Below are positions 11,631-24,064 of a DNA stretch of 64,000 nucleotides, one piece after another. Origin of the DNA: Octopus sinensis (taxonomy: Eukaryota). Numbering within the stretch: position 1 is the stretch's first letter; each line of letters opens with the position of its first letter. The notes beneath the pieces were generated by a model, which had not been told where the DNA came from, did no database searches, and was given only the letters and a program-made list of their open reading frames with translations. The DNA is taken from assembly GCF_006345805.1 (NCBI RefSeq), contig NC_043000.1:155124001-155188000 (forward strand). The letters run 5' to 3'. Position numbers and translations under genes: made by a program.

Positions 11631-11820
11631 TGTATGCTTGTGTGTCTGTGTTTGTCCCCCTAGCATTGCTTGACAGCCGATGCTAGTGTGTTTATGTCCC
11701 CGTTACTTAGCGGTTCGGCAAAAGAGACCAATAGAATAAGTACTGGGCTTACAAAGAAAAAGTCCCGGCGGTACTCCAGCATGGCCGCAGTCAAATGACT
11801 GAAACAAGTAAAAGAGTAAA
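11393..11820 (+). mobile_element. Family A composite SINE
   Basis: aggcgcaggagtggctgtgtggtaagtagc head, TA tract, 3' module with small deletion, AAAAGAGT tail. Confidence 0.9.
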
Positions 11821-12046
11821 ATAGTATAGTGAATTACAGTATAGTAAACAGGGGAGATTTTGCGTCTTTGCTCAACCCACAAGAAATACTGATCGAATCT
11901 CTGTTTAATCAAGCGCTCCAGAATTAAAAACGAAATGGCACACGGAATAATGTAATACTAACATAACTTTGCTATTTTCATCGGTTCCTGCACCAGATAT
12001 TATCTCAGTCCGCTTAAATGTAATGAACGAGCAAAATATCGGATTC

Positions 12047-13025
12047 AAAATTTGGCACCAGGCCAATAATTTCGGGGGAGAAAACAAGTCAGTTACATCG
12101 TCCCCAGTACTTAGCTGGTTCTTATTTTATTGACTCCGAGAGGATGAAATGCAAAATCAACCTCGGCAGAATTTGAACTCAGAACGCGGGTACAGATGAA
12201 ACGCTGCTAAGCATTTTTGCCCGGCCTGCTAACGATTCTGCTAGCTTATCGCCTTAATAAATAGGTAAAAATGTTAAGAGTTAGCTGACACCAATCTTTG
12301 CTGAAACAAAGAAGAAAGACAATTCAAAGCATTTCTTTAATCAGGAGAAATATAAACCCAATAACAACTATCTTGTATAAAGAAACCATCGTAGAAAACA
12401 TATTGAGTATCGCCAGGAAATGAGATTTATTGATAATATAATTACAATCATTATAATTGAATAATAAGAAAAATAATATGAATATCAATTTTATCAAGTT
12501 TTCATTATTATTATTATTATTAATATTATTATTATTAATATTATTATTATTAATATTGTTGTTGTTATTATTCTGCCAGCTGGTAGAATCGTTCGCACGC
12601 CGGACAAAATGCTTAACGGAATTTCGTCCGTCTTCACGTTCTGAGATCGAATTCCACCGAGGTCGACTTTGTCTTTCATCCTTTCGGGGTCGATGAAATA
12701 AGTATCAGTTACGCACTGGGATCGATGTAATCGACTAGCCCCCTCCCCTCAAATTTCAGGCTTTGTGCCTATAGTAGAAAGGATTGCTATTATTATTATA
12801 ATATATTATTATTATAAAGCGGTGAGGTGGCAGAATCTTTTCCGCACCGGAGAAAATGCTTCGCGGCATTTCTTCCGGCTTTACGTTCTGAGATTAAATT
12901 TCGCCGAGGTCGACTTTCATTGTTTCGGAGACGAAAAACTAAGTACCAGTGGAGTACTGGGAGTGATGTAATCAGGTAGCTTTTTCCCGAAAATTTCAGG
13001 CTATGTGTCCGTACTGGAAAGGAAT
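12047..13025. mobile_element. Cluster of three family B SINEs (about 12047-12255 minus, 12577-12786 plus, 12818-13025 plus) separated by (AAT/TTA)n tracts
   Basis: Each carries the gaggtcgactttg/ttctgagttcaaatt blocks or their complement. Confidence 0.85.
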
Positions 13026-13292
13026 AATAAAAGTAAAGTCCTTTTTTGGTCATGAATGACCATGGGATTGCACCTAAAAAGTTACCCTCCGAGGAACAAG
13101 TCCGGGAAAGTTTGTTTATGGAAGGTCAGCAATCGCACATGCATACCAGCCTCCCCTCTTCACGCCACTGATAATATCCAGGGGAAAGGCAAGGGCCAAT
13201 ACAGCTTGGCTCTAATGACGTCGCAAAAGGATTAATATCATTGTTATTATTATTGTCATTAATTAATTACCTTTGAATCGTGTTTAACTCAC

Positions 13293-13549
13293 TCCAAAAC
13301 ATTGAAACTGAAGCTTTCCATCAGTTATATACGTCGGCTTGTTTCAACTAATGTCTTTACAACTGCAATATACGCCGGTTTTCTGTCACTCTTCTTTGTT
13401 ATAATCAGTAATCTCTCGCTGCCCCCTCTAGCTAGATGCATTCATGCAGATGACATAACAAAGATCCTTCTTTCCCCCTACTCTCGCACATACAATATCA
13501 ATATACCCCGGATATCCTTTGTGAACGAAGACCTTGAAAATATTCATCC
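13293..13549 (-). other. Candidate exon, probably non-coding
   Basis: tattttcag acceptor and GA|GTGAGT donor (alternative AG|GTAATT at 13271). All frames hit stops. Confidence 0.3.
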
Positions 13550-14228
13550 CTGAAAATATAACAATTTGCATACGTTTCATAGCCCCAAATACGGATAATT
13601 TTGTTTGAAAAGTTTCTATTACGTAGTTCTAGATACACTATGCTGATGGTTATGGTTGGAAGTCTTTAATTAATCAGCTTAAGTAGAGCTAATAAATGGC
13701 TAAATAATAGCAATCAGTAACTAGAAAAACTAACTTCTGCTAAAAGCTGTTCTTTTTCATTGTACTTGCGTAAAGTACAACAGCTGTGAGGTGGGGTATT
13801 ACTACATGTGTTATGCATTATACATACACACACTCTTTACCTCTTTTATCCTCACTTCAACGGTCAATGCAAAATGAAATTTGATAAAATTTACATGTCT
13901 TCTTGTCACAGTTGCCATAGCCAGGTCGTTCGTAAAGTAGTTTAGCTTTTTATCCTGCATTTAGCACTTATTCTGATCTTTTCATTCCAGAAACACAGAT
14001 GTCCCCTTTCGAGCGGGTGGCTAATCGATTTTGAGATTCTATCGCGTAGCAACCGATATGAAAATTAAATATACCAAGCTTTCACAACTCTCTAAATTCT
14101 CGACTTCAGGGATTTATAGGGTCCTGAACAGTTATAGATATTTCTTTCTCTTCTCAGATTAAACGATTTAAAAGAATTAATTAAGCTTCCAGTGAATCGA
14201 GCCCACGAGGCAGTATTTATTCACTTAC

Positions 14229-14274
14229 GTTTTAAAGAAATACTGGAAGAGCAGAATCTTACATTTCTTCTCCC
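14229..14274 (-). other. Candidate exon (46 nt)
   Basis: cttttttttttcatgcgatatattttag acceptor and AC|GTAAGT donor; two frames are open. Confidence 0.35.
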
Positions 14275-14894
14275 CTAAAATATATCGCATGAAAAAAAAA
14301 AGATGCTGAAAGAAACTAATCTAATTACGGTAGCAGTGATTGCTGTTTGCGAAATATTGATAAACAGCCTAGGCGCTTGTGCAAACCTGTTATAAGTGGA
14401 AGGAAGCAACCAAACAATCTCACCTTATTTGTGATTGGCACAGTTCCAAAACAGTCCCTGTGCTGTTTAACCCGGTGTTATAGTTGCTTACACCAAGAAA
14501 TCCGACAATAATTACTGCCATAAATATTGGAATTAATATTGCGTGACAAAGAATGGAATAGATATTACCAACTGACAGCCACACAACAGTTAAAACGGTA
14601 ACATAAAAGGAAGTTGATATAAATTATTCACTTTCCACTTTAACATCTTCCATCCTCCACTGCTTTCATTCCTCGTTCTTGCTGTATCGCTTTCACTTTC
14701 TCATATATATTGTGCACACAGACACATATTTATACATACATACATACATAGATGTGTGTGTATGTATGTATATATATATATACATACATACACACATTCA
14801 TACATATATACGTACATACATGCATACATATAAATACACATGCACACACATACATATATATATATATACATATATAAATATTTATATATATTTA

Positions 14895-15126
14895 AGGCGG
14901 CGAGCTGGCAGAAACGTTAGCACGCCGGGCGAAATGCGTAGCCGTATTTCGTCTGCCGTTACGTTCTGAGTTCAAATTCCGCCGAGGTCGACTTTGCCTT
15001 TCATCCTTTCGGGGTCGATAAATTAAGTACCAGTTACGCACTGGGGTCGATGAAATCGACTTAATCCGTTTGTCTATCCTTGTTTGTCCCCTCTGCGTTT
15101 AGCCCCTTGTGGGTAGTAAAGAAATA
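14895..15126 (+). mobile_element. Full-length family B SINE
   Basis: aggcggcgagctggcagaaacgttagc...gtgggtagtaaagaaata, near-identical to copies at 34876, 47769 and 54645. Confidence 0.92.
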
Positions 15127-16525
15127 TATATATAAATTTATTATATGTATATATGTATATATATATATATATATAGACGTACATATTTGTTGAGAAGCTT
15201 ACTTTGAAACCTCGTGACTTCGTGTTCAGTCCTACTGCCCTGCAATTTGGGCAGGTATCTTCTACTATAGCCCCGCGTTAACCAATGGCTTGTGAGCGAA
15301 TTTGGTAGTGTGAAATTGTGAAAGCTCTGATGTGAGACTGTTATAAGTGTAACCCATCAAGTAATGAATAACAACGACTATAGCTACGAAAAATCTGAAG
15401 GAACCTGACTCTTCAAAATACTCTATTGTCTATATTACTGGTATGCTGTATCATGAAATGCCATTCACGTAATGGTATGTTGAGGGTTAAAATTTCTTGA
15501 GAGAATATTTCTAAAGTTGATATAGAGATATTGAGCTTCGTAGGAAGTGCAAGTTCAACCACAATTTGAGGAGTGGGAAAACTTTCTGCTTGTGGGATGC
15601 TTACAATTATCCGTGATGGTCGTTTTACACGTAATATTTTCATCTACACATTTTCTCTCCAGTATTGTAATATGATTTTACTTATATTAGTTCTAGCCAC
15701 CCCCAATGCACACAGCGTGAGATTTCTGTATCCTGGCCAAAAACTTAAGTTTAGTTGGTATCTCCACCTAGCTGTAAATATGTAGTATTGTGAGTGGGTG
15801 GAAACAGTACGTAGTTGAAAAAAAAAAAAAAACAAAAACATTTTATTAGCATGCAGCACCGATAGAAAATAACACAATGGGAACAACATGTTAAGGATAA
15901 TGCTTAGTAGTTCAAATCACACAGCCCCGTTGTGACTTGTACCTGCATTAAAACAGAGCCGACAAAATGTTGCACCATGGGAGTCACTTGAGATACATAA
16001 TTTTCTCACTCTCTCTTCGCACTCCATTACATATGCACACACAGACACACATTAGAACGAATACGTTATCTTAAACATATGATATTATTGTATCATATAT
16101 TCCTATAATGTATAAGTATACATATGGCATGCATATGAGAAGAGCGCTGGCAAGACATGAAACATGAAGGAAGGTCGAACATCAATAACAGAAAAGGAAA
16201 AATTGAACTAGGATATGAAATACAATTATGTTAAAAGGATGTGTATTTATAAAGCAATGAAAAATTATTACCTAAATACTGCCAATAAATTTTAATAGAT
16301 ATACACACTTCGATGCATTTTCAGTGTTGTCAGTGTTTGTTAAATACCGTTATCCTATCTACGTTTATGTGCAGAGAAAAATTGAGGCCATTTCATTCAC
16401 ATTATTTTTACCCTTTTGATGCGAACCGAATGAAAGAAGTATATTTTCTTTCTTTTAATATATAATATACAGTTATGTAATTTTATATTGTTACATAGAA
16501 AATGAAAGTGAAGCGAAGCAAGCCG

Positions 16526-16564
<39 letters not shown>

Positions 16565-16630
16565 AGCAATGTGATTTTAGTATTAAAGCAATTGACAAAC
16601 ATACACGAATGTGCCCCGTCGACATTGGTA

Positions 16631-16892
16631 CCTCATAACTGCCAAAAAAATCGAGAATTTTTTAATGAAATTTTCTACAAATGCACTTCAGATGGTTTAG
16701 ATTCTTATTAAATCGTGATTTGTTGTGAAGAAAATACGGGGGATGGGAAGAGTAGCTTCAGAAAATTCACTCCTGTCGGTTTTGTTTCCTCATAATTTTC
16801 GGAAAAATGGGGTATTTTTAAATGAAAATTTCTAACTTTCAGAGTCTGTAAATTACGATTATATCGCAATTTGATGTGAAAAAAAAAGGTGA

Positions 16893-16977
<85 letters not shown>

Positions 16978-17269
16978 ACACACGCTGACACACATTACAG
17001 TTTTTTTTCGAAATTTCAACTCAAATTTCGATACAACCATAATCTCTACTCCCTGAAAGACATTTGTAGAAAATTTGACGAAAAGACATCCAATTTTCTG
17101 AAAGTTATGAGGACTGAAAGGCGCCGCGTGTGAATCTTCCGAAACTGCTGTCCCAAACTACGAAACAATGTTTCACAAGAAATTCCACTATAATCGGAAT
17201 CTACACCATCTGAAGCGTATTTGTAGAAAATTTCATCAAAAAGTATCTATTTTTCTGAAATTTATGAGG
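16631..17269. mobile_element. Foldback/MITE-like element with modular inverted arms and a central (CA)n
   Basis: Modules starting cctcataa at 16631 and 16788 are mirrored by modules ending ttatgagg at 17112 and 17269. Spacing is 157 bp in both arms. Confidence 0.7.
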
Positions 17270-17573
17270 ACAGAAAATCGGTGATTGGGGTGGACTCACA
17301 TCACATATAGCTACAAAATGAAATTTGAAATTTCGGACAATTGTGACGTGTATCAGTATGTATCTGAACGTGTCCACTAAGATATATTGTTTTACATTAA
17401 ATTCCGATATAATCACAATTTACTCACTCTGAGTGGTATGAACGCTTCACTCTAGCCGGCTACTTTACGCCATTGCGCATGAGTTACCGGTAATCCATTG
17501 TAAACATACAATTTTAAAAAGATTATCTTGAAGATACATGCATATACGTATACACACATGTTTGTATGCATAT

Positions 17574-17610
<37 letters not shown>

Positions 17611-17848
17611 AACATCCAAATTAATATTTCCAAAAGTGGTTTCAAGGGATATATAATCCTGGTGGTTACCGTGATGACTCTTAGATCGTTTCTCAAAGCC
17701 GGCTAGCCACAACGAATGTTGGTGATGCTCGAGTTAGTGATAATTTACTAGATTCGGTTATTATTCTCGCTTGGTAAATCCAAATGTCCTTTTAGGGACT
17801 GCATAGTTTCCGTAAAGAAAATAATGCAATTCTAAAAAAAATCAGTAG

Positions 17849-18182
17849 AACGGAGATTTACACATATTTTATTTACACGGAAATTTACAGATATTTTATA
17901 CATATCCATATTTTATTCAACAGTTTTTGCAGCATTCTTTCGTGGGACTTAAGCACGTTTCGGCTGCATCCGCTGCACATTGTTATTTGATCAATCTCAT
18001 AGTTTTCTTCAGATGATCTTCGAACGGCAGCAAACAACGGATCCTGAAGAAGCTGACCCGACAATTAACACCAAGATGCACACATAACAGTGTGCAACGG
18101 ATGCAGCCGAAATATGCGTAGGTCCAAGGGAAGAATGCTGCAAATAACTGTTTAATTAAATATGAATGTGTAAATCTCCGTT
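17849..18182. repeat. Imperfect inverted repeat containing decayed hammerhead motifs
   Basis: aacggagatttacacat at 17849 pairs with atgtgtaaatctccgtt ending 18182. About 80 bp of inner arm (ttgcagcattctt...tttcggctgcatccg.tgcaca.tgttat) is also mirrored. Confidence 0.85.
18039..18125 (+). ncRNA. Decayed type I hammerhead motif
   Basis: GGATC-CTGAAGA-AGCTG...CAGCC-GAAA-TATGCG-T-A-GGTCC. The core is intact and helix I is 5 bp, but there are mismatches at the helix II closing pair and in helix III. Confidence 0.5.
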
Positions 18183-18559
18183 CTCCTCATCATTATTAAT
18201 TTCATTATATACATACGGACGGTGCTGAGTTGTCAAACATTTAAACCAAATTTTCTCAAAACAACTTGTCCGATCGTCCCATAGGCCTCCCCTTTGAGAA
18301 ACACTGACTTAGCATAAATTTGAGACACCAGCAAAAGAAGAAATAAAGATAGACTTTTTTCTATTCCAAAGAAAAACGATTTTATTTACACAAATATGCA
18401 ACCGAAAAGTACCAGTAATGATAAGGCTGTTGACTGGGAGAACACAAACAAGGTTTAAACAGTAAGCTTGGCAGAAAAGAAACGTGCACGTTTCCACGGC
18501 TTTATCGATCGCATTCTCGCCTGGAATCGATTTTTGTAATCTTTTCAAGACTTTTACAC

Positions 18560-18674
18560 GTCCTGATACCATCGGTATCTACATATCAAATTTGAGCGCA
18601 ATCGGATGAATGATGACCGAGATCCTAGAAGACACACACACAGAGACAGACAGAACGGATTTTATATAATAGAT
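18560..18674 (+). mobile_element. 3' end of a non-autonomous Helitron/Helentron-like (DINE-1/HINE-type) element
   Basis: catatcaaatttgagcgcaatcggatg...gacagacagaacggattttatataatagat resembles the ACAG-repeat plus ...TAGAT terminus of these elements. Confidence 0.5.
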
Positions 18675-18707
18675 ATTGAATGTATACATATACATACATA
18701 CATTTAT

Positions 18708-18742
<35 letters not shown>

Positions 18743-20565
18743 CACGCTAATGTTTGTTTTTATAAGTTAAAATGAAAACAATTTTACATTAAACTGAAGG
18801 ATTACTAAGTACTTTTTGTAGAATACCTATTTAATATTCTTCACAATAATTTCAGCCGTCTGACCCATCATCGCACTGTCCGAAACTTCGAAGTCGCTGT
18901 CAATACTACTCTTGTTTAAGGGTGATGATATATATATATATGTATGTGTGTGTGTGTGTGTGTGTGTGTCTGTGTGTATGCGTGTGTTGTGCAAGAAATT
19001 AATAAAGGATGAAATACAGTAAGCGAGAGAGAAAGAGAGAAATATGATCAGGCTTAGATACAAAAGTAACTAATATTTTCTATGGTTACATGAACTGTAT
19101 ACTATTCCATCGTATTTAGTCAACTCGCTTCTGCTTTTAATATCAAAACCTGACCAATGGCTGATCTGACTTTTATTGACTTTTTCCTGAGGCAGATAAA
19201 AGAAGTATCAGTTATATACTGTGTTAGGATGAAACAACGAAACAACTTTTCTCTGCAAATGGGTCACCTTGTTTTCATGTAAGAAATCAATATTAAATGA
19301 ACCGTAGTTGTTAAGAATGTATTACAAATCGATTAAAACTTTTTGAGTGTTCAACTTGCTAGTGCCCAACCATGCATATCACAAGATAGCGATCGAAGAG
19401 ATCAAGTGACGATGTCATCTGAAACTATAAAAAAGGAGACAAAGCAAGCAACATATAATTTAATCACTAAGGACAGTTTAGATTGCTTGGTTTTCTGTTT
19501 ATCTTTTTGGCGTTAGTGTTTATTTTAAACGGCAATGCTACTTTAGATAAGTAGTTTCCAGTTATCGAAAATAAATCCGCTGCTCGTTTTATGAGTAGCC
19601 TTTTTCTTTAATATAGTTTATTCTAGGTTAGTTGCAGGTTACAGGATGAGAGGAAATAATATCTTAGGTTGAAATTTGACAGAAAAATAAAAGAAGAAAA
19701 TCCATTGATACAGTTACCAAATGGTTCCGGTTTCTTTCACAAATGTACTAATGGAAAAAACGTCAGGGCGTTATGAAAACATCACTATCATAACGATGAG
19801 TGCCATGCGATAATTTTGACGATGATAAAGAGGAAGAGGAGAAGGAGGAGGAGGATGTTGATGCAATAAAGAGGACTTTGTCATTATTATCATCATCATC
19901 ATCATCACCACTACCTCCACCAATGCCACCGTCGACGACGACCACTGTTCTAATTAATGTGAATTGAAATATGTATTCTTTAGGGCTGTGACCGCCGAAA
20001 GTTAGTACGTCGAAGAAAACTATTCACTTTACAAATTTGAAACATTCCTCGAACCAATAAGATAATCTACACACAGCCGCTCCATCAGTTGAAATAGTAA
20101 TCGATCTCTTTCAAATCTCACCAACCGTCATCGTAAATGAGGATAAAGAAAATAAAAATAGGACAGTGACAGCTGCAACGCTTTTATACCTAGATGTAGG
20201 CAATAAGGCTTGACCTAGGGCTAATCATCGACAAAATATGCCTGTCAGTCATAATATCCAGTTAGGAGTGTAAACATAACCCCAAAACAGCAGCCATTGG
20301 TTGCTATAAAATATAAAATATTCGCGTTCAGTCGAATTTTCGTGGTATGCCGATATAAACATTTCTCATGAGATTTACATAGTCTCACGATTTAAAACAA
20401 TAAGTTAAAGTAATGCGGTGTTCTACGGTGAATCAGCGAAGTGAGACAAGGCAAAAAACTTTTAATTTAGAGTTTACAAATGCGGGGAGTAATAAAATGC
20501 TAACTAGAAGTAAATATGCAGTGAGAGAAACACCCAATCGTTAGTCAATGATGAATAATTCGGTA

Positions 20566-20952
20566 TATAGTATAGGAGCACTCCGTCGGTTGCGACGATG
20601 AGGGTCCCAGCTGATACGATCAACAGAACAGCTTGCTCGTGATATTAACGTGCAAGTGGCTGAGCACTCCACAGACATGTGTACCCTTAACGTAGTTCTC
20701 GAGGAGATTCAGCGTGACACAGTGTGACAAGGCCGGCCCTTTGAAATACAGGTACAAGAGAAACAGGAAGAAAGAGCGAGAGAAAGTTGTGGTGAAAGAG
20801 TACAGCAGGGTTCACCCCCCCCCTGCCGGAGCCTCGTGGAGCTTTGGGTGTTTTCGCTCAATAAACACTCACAACGCCCGGTCTGGGAATCGAAACCGCG
20901 ATCCTCTGACCGCGAGTCCGCTGCCCTAACCACTGGGCCATTGCGCCTCCAC
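20566..20952 (-). mobile_element. Full-length tRNA-headed SINE (family C) with 13-bp TSD
   Basis: A box tggcccagtgg and B box ggtttcgattcc on the minus strand; GAATAATTCGGTA duplicated at 20553-20565 and 20953-20965. Confidence 0.92.
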
Positions 20953-21436
20953 GAATAATTCGGTACACGTAATTGAAACAGTATTAAATAAAAATAGCCT
21001 CCTACGTATCAGAATCAGCGTATGTACACCGTTGGGAGGCATGATGCATGGGATTTTCGTTCGAGACAAAATCTTTTCATAGACATGCTGTGTTAGAAAG
21101 AGAATATATATGGGAGTGACACGAAAAATCACCCCGGCACTGATTCACGAGAACGCCAGAAGCATTTCAGACTTCTTGGTATATGTCAATAACATGTACT
21201 CACTAGTCATATGCCTAGACATGCTGTTCATTACATCACTGTGTTTATTATTGGCTGTTCACTATGTTTTTTTTTTAGGGGAGAGTTTTCGTCTGAATTA
21301 CCTGCCTGTTGAAAAAATTGACTGAAGATTCCATATGCGCAAGTAACATCACTGTATATTCCTCAGGCAAAATTTGCCTAATACGTGTGTAGCAAAGCTG
21401 TCCATTTGAGTTATGGGTACATTGCATCTTGTGAGG

Positions 21437-21640
21437 GAGTATGGCCTAGTTGTTAGGGTGTGGACTCACGATCGCAAGATTGTGGTTTCAATTCCTGGAG
21501 TGGTTGATGCACTTCGACACTTGACGTGTGGTAACCCCTGTACCTGTTCAGACAATGTTGATTGGATGGAGGGAGTGAACTAATGTACAGCACATGTATT
21601 TGATGATTATAAACAAACCATTTACGCAGTTTGTTCAGCA
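21437..21640 (+). mobile_element. Old tRNA-headed SINE
   Basis: tggcctagttgttagggtgtggactcacgatcgcaagattgtggtttcaattcc has A/B-box-like spacing; a related head is at about 34432-34510. Confidence 0.55.
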
Positions 21641-22649
21641 AGAGAATTCAGAACCGTCTCTCTCACAATGTCAGAGATTACTGCCATGGCAATATATCTT
21701 ACAGCCTTCTATACCGTTTCTTCTGCCCATTTCCACATACAAACTATAAGTCGATCGGAGGTAGTAGAAAACGTGATCGAACCTGGCAGCTCGGGGTTGC
21801 GAAGCGATCTTCTTAACCGTTCGGTCACACTGCGCCTTCATACATATATAAACACTGGGCATATGATCAAATATTTTAGTGTTGTGTTGTAATCAATGCA
21901 TTCAATCTAGCTTTGGACAGGTACTTATTTTAAGTAGCGTGTCAGGAAGAATCGTCAAATTAAACAACTGGCAGGGATCTAAATGTAAATACGGTAAACA
22001 TTTCGTTCGAGTCTTTACCGCTTCTGCAATCCGAATCACATTAGGAACAACGATGACGACGTTGTTGTAGTTGGTGAGGGCGGTGGCGTTGGTGTTGCTT
22101 GTTTGATGGTGATGGTGGTAGTGATGATGATGATGATGATGATATATTTAATGAAAATTCAATGATTAGACTGGTAAAGATAAGCGAGAAATGTAATCAT
22201 GGAAATAACATATAGGAACAGGTATCCGAAAATAGACACCAGATGAATGTGTGAACTATAACGGGATCATGGCATGGTATATATATTCTCAATGTCAATA
22301 AGCCTAGATTAATCAGAAGATAATAATCAGACATCGAGAAAGGAAGTTAACACATTTGCCGACGGATAGATATTTATAAGAACGGAAATAGGCTTGGCTA
22401 TTCAGAATTTTCCATGTTTAATTATCTACGTAGCTTCAGTTCCTCCCATTACCTATAACTATTACACCATGTGTATAGTCAGTGACTCATAATGAAAAGT
22501 ATGCTCTTTATAACATAAATTTCGTGTAATTCTAAGTACCATTTATAATTTTACATTCTCCAGAAATGCTGCGCTATTGAGAGGTAACTGTAAATTTTAT
22601 TCAGTCAGTCAATCAGTTAATCAATCAAATGAGCCTTTGTTCTCTCGCT

Positions 22650-22960
22650 GGAAGGAAAAAGAAGACTTGCGCTTATCTCTCCATTATCTTCAGGGCTGAA
22701 TGTCTAAAACCCACATAATTTTAGTCGAATCTATCCAAGTTATCACATCATTTTCTCGGCGGCATCTTTGATTCATTTGCGGTCCCTGAAGATTCTATCC
22801 ACTCACGTTTTCATACACCGGTGTTCAGTCATCCTGTAGACGCGCCTGACTCAAATCTTTTTCAACAAGTTTAGAAATTGCTTCGTTCTGTTTGTTCGTA
22901 GTTCCAATCTGTTCTGTTAATTCCTTTCCGAATTATCCCAAGGATGTATTCTCAAGCATG
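22650..22960 (-). mobile_element. Highly decayed RTE-like LINE C-terminal remnant
   Basis: Weak similarity of minus-strand frames (LQG...TWIDS) to RTE ORF2 ends; many stops. Confidence 0.3.
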
Positions 22961-23169
22961 TTGAAGCAGTTCTTTGCTTTCATCCTAGGTCTTTTTCCAG
23001 GCTCCATGTTTCCATTAGAAATTGTTAGTTGACTCATTTGTAGAAATTCATTTTTTAAGACTTCAGAGCATTCTGATGTTTAAAACAGAATTTAGGCTGA
23101 CCAAAGTAGATGTAATTGTTTGCTACATGAAAGGATAAAAGGATTAACATTTGGTGGTATTAGATTGGA

Positions 23170-23500
23170 CTGTTTACTCCCACAAAAGATCCGACACCGC
23201 TATAGTCCTTCACTAACTCCAGTAACACTCAAATAAAACAATGTAGCAAACAATGTCGTTAAATAATACTCCATTCTCGAGGCATAGCGGCGACAGCTGT
23301 CTACCAACATCCTGTCCGACTACACGGACCTGAACACAAAGATATGATTCGTTGTTGATGCTCACCCAATAACACAACGTGATCTGAGTTGACCAACAGA
23401 AGTCTAACATCTAGAAGCCATCTGAAATCTGTCACATTACCTGTTGCTTGATCTCCAACTACCTGACAAGCTAGGTTCGCTTTCTGAGCCTACGAAACTT
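23170..23500 (+). mobile_element. Decayed LINE reverse-transcriptase remnant (CR1-like)
   Basis: Broken frames loosely follow the FR..RSC.T and ...SH.LLL..L RT motifs. Confidence 0.3.
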
Positions 23501-23811
23501 TATTTCATGGCGCTATGTATGTATGTATGTATGTATGTATGTATGTATGTATGTATGTATGTATGTATGTATGTATGCATGCATGCATGCATGCATGTAT
23601 GCATGCATGTATGTATGCAAGTGTGTATGTATGTATGTATGTATACACACACACATAAGAGATATAGCTACAGATACCGACTATACATGGACTTGTTTCA
23701 CACAAGTATACAGACGATCTTCAGAGTCTCTCTCTCAGTTTCACTCTCTGTATACGCACACACACACAAACAAATACACAAACAAACATACACACATATT
23801 TATTTACTTTT

Positions 23812-23973
23812 AGGCGTAGGAGTGGCTGTGTGGTAAGTAGCTTGCTTAGGAACCACATGGTTCCGGGTTCAGTCCCACTGCGTGGCACCTTCGGCAAGTG
23901 TCTTCTGCTATAGCCTCGGGCCGACCAAAGCCTTGTGAGTGGATTTGGTAGACGGAAACTGAAAGAAGCCTGT

Positions 23974-24064
<91 letters not shown>

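Noticed and set aside
14428-14615. Hydrophobic minus-strand open frame ending at AG|GTGAGA
   Set aside because: No convincing acceptor; the segment looks like an old dispersed repeat.
19335-19421. Strong minus-strand acceptor followed by ATG
   Set aside because: All frames stop within 20 codons and there is no good donor.
20880-20952. tRNA-like sequence with A and B boxes (also the heads of families A and B)
   Set aside because: These are SINE heads continuing into SINE bodies with TSDs, not tRNA genes.
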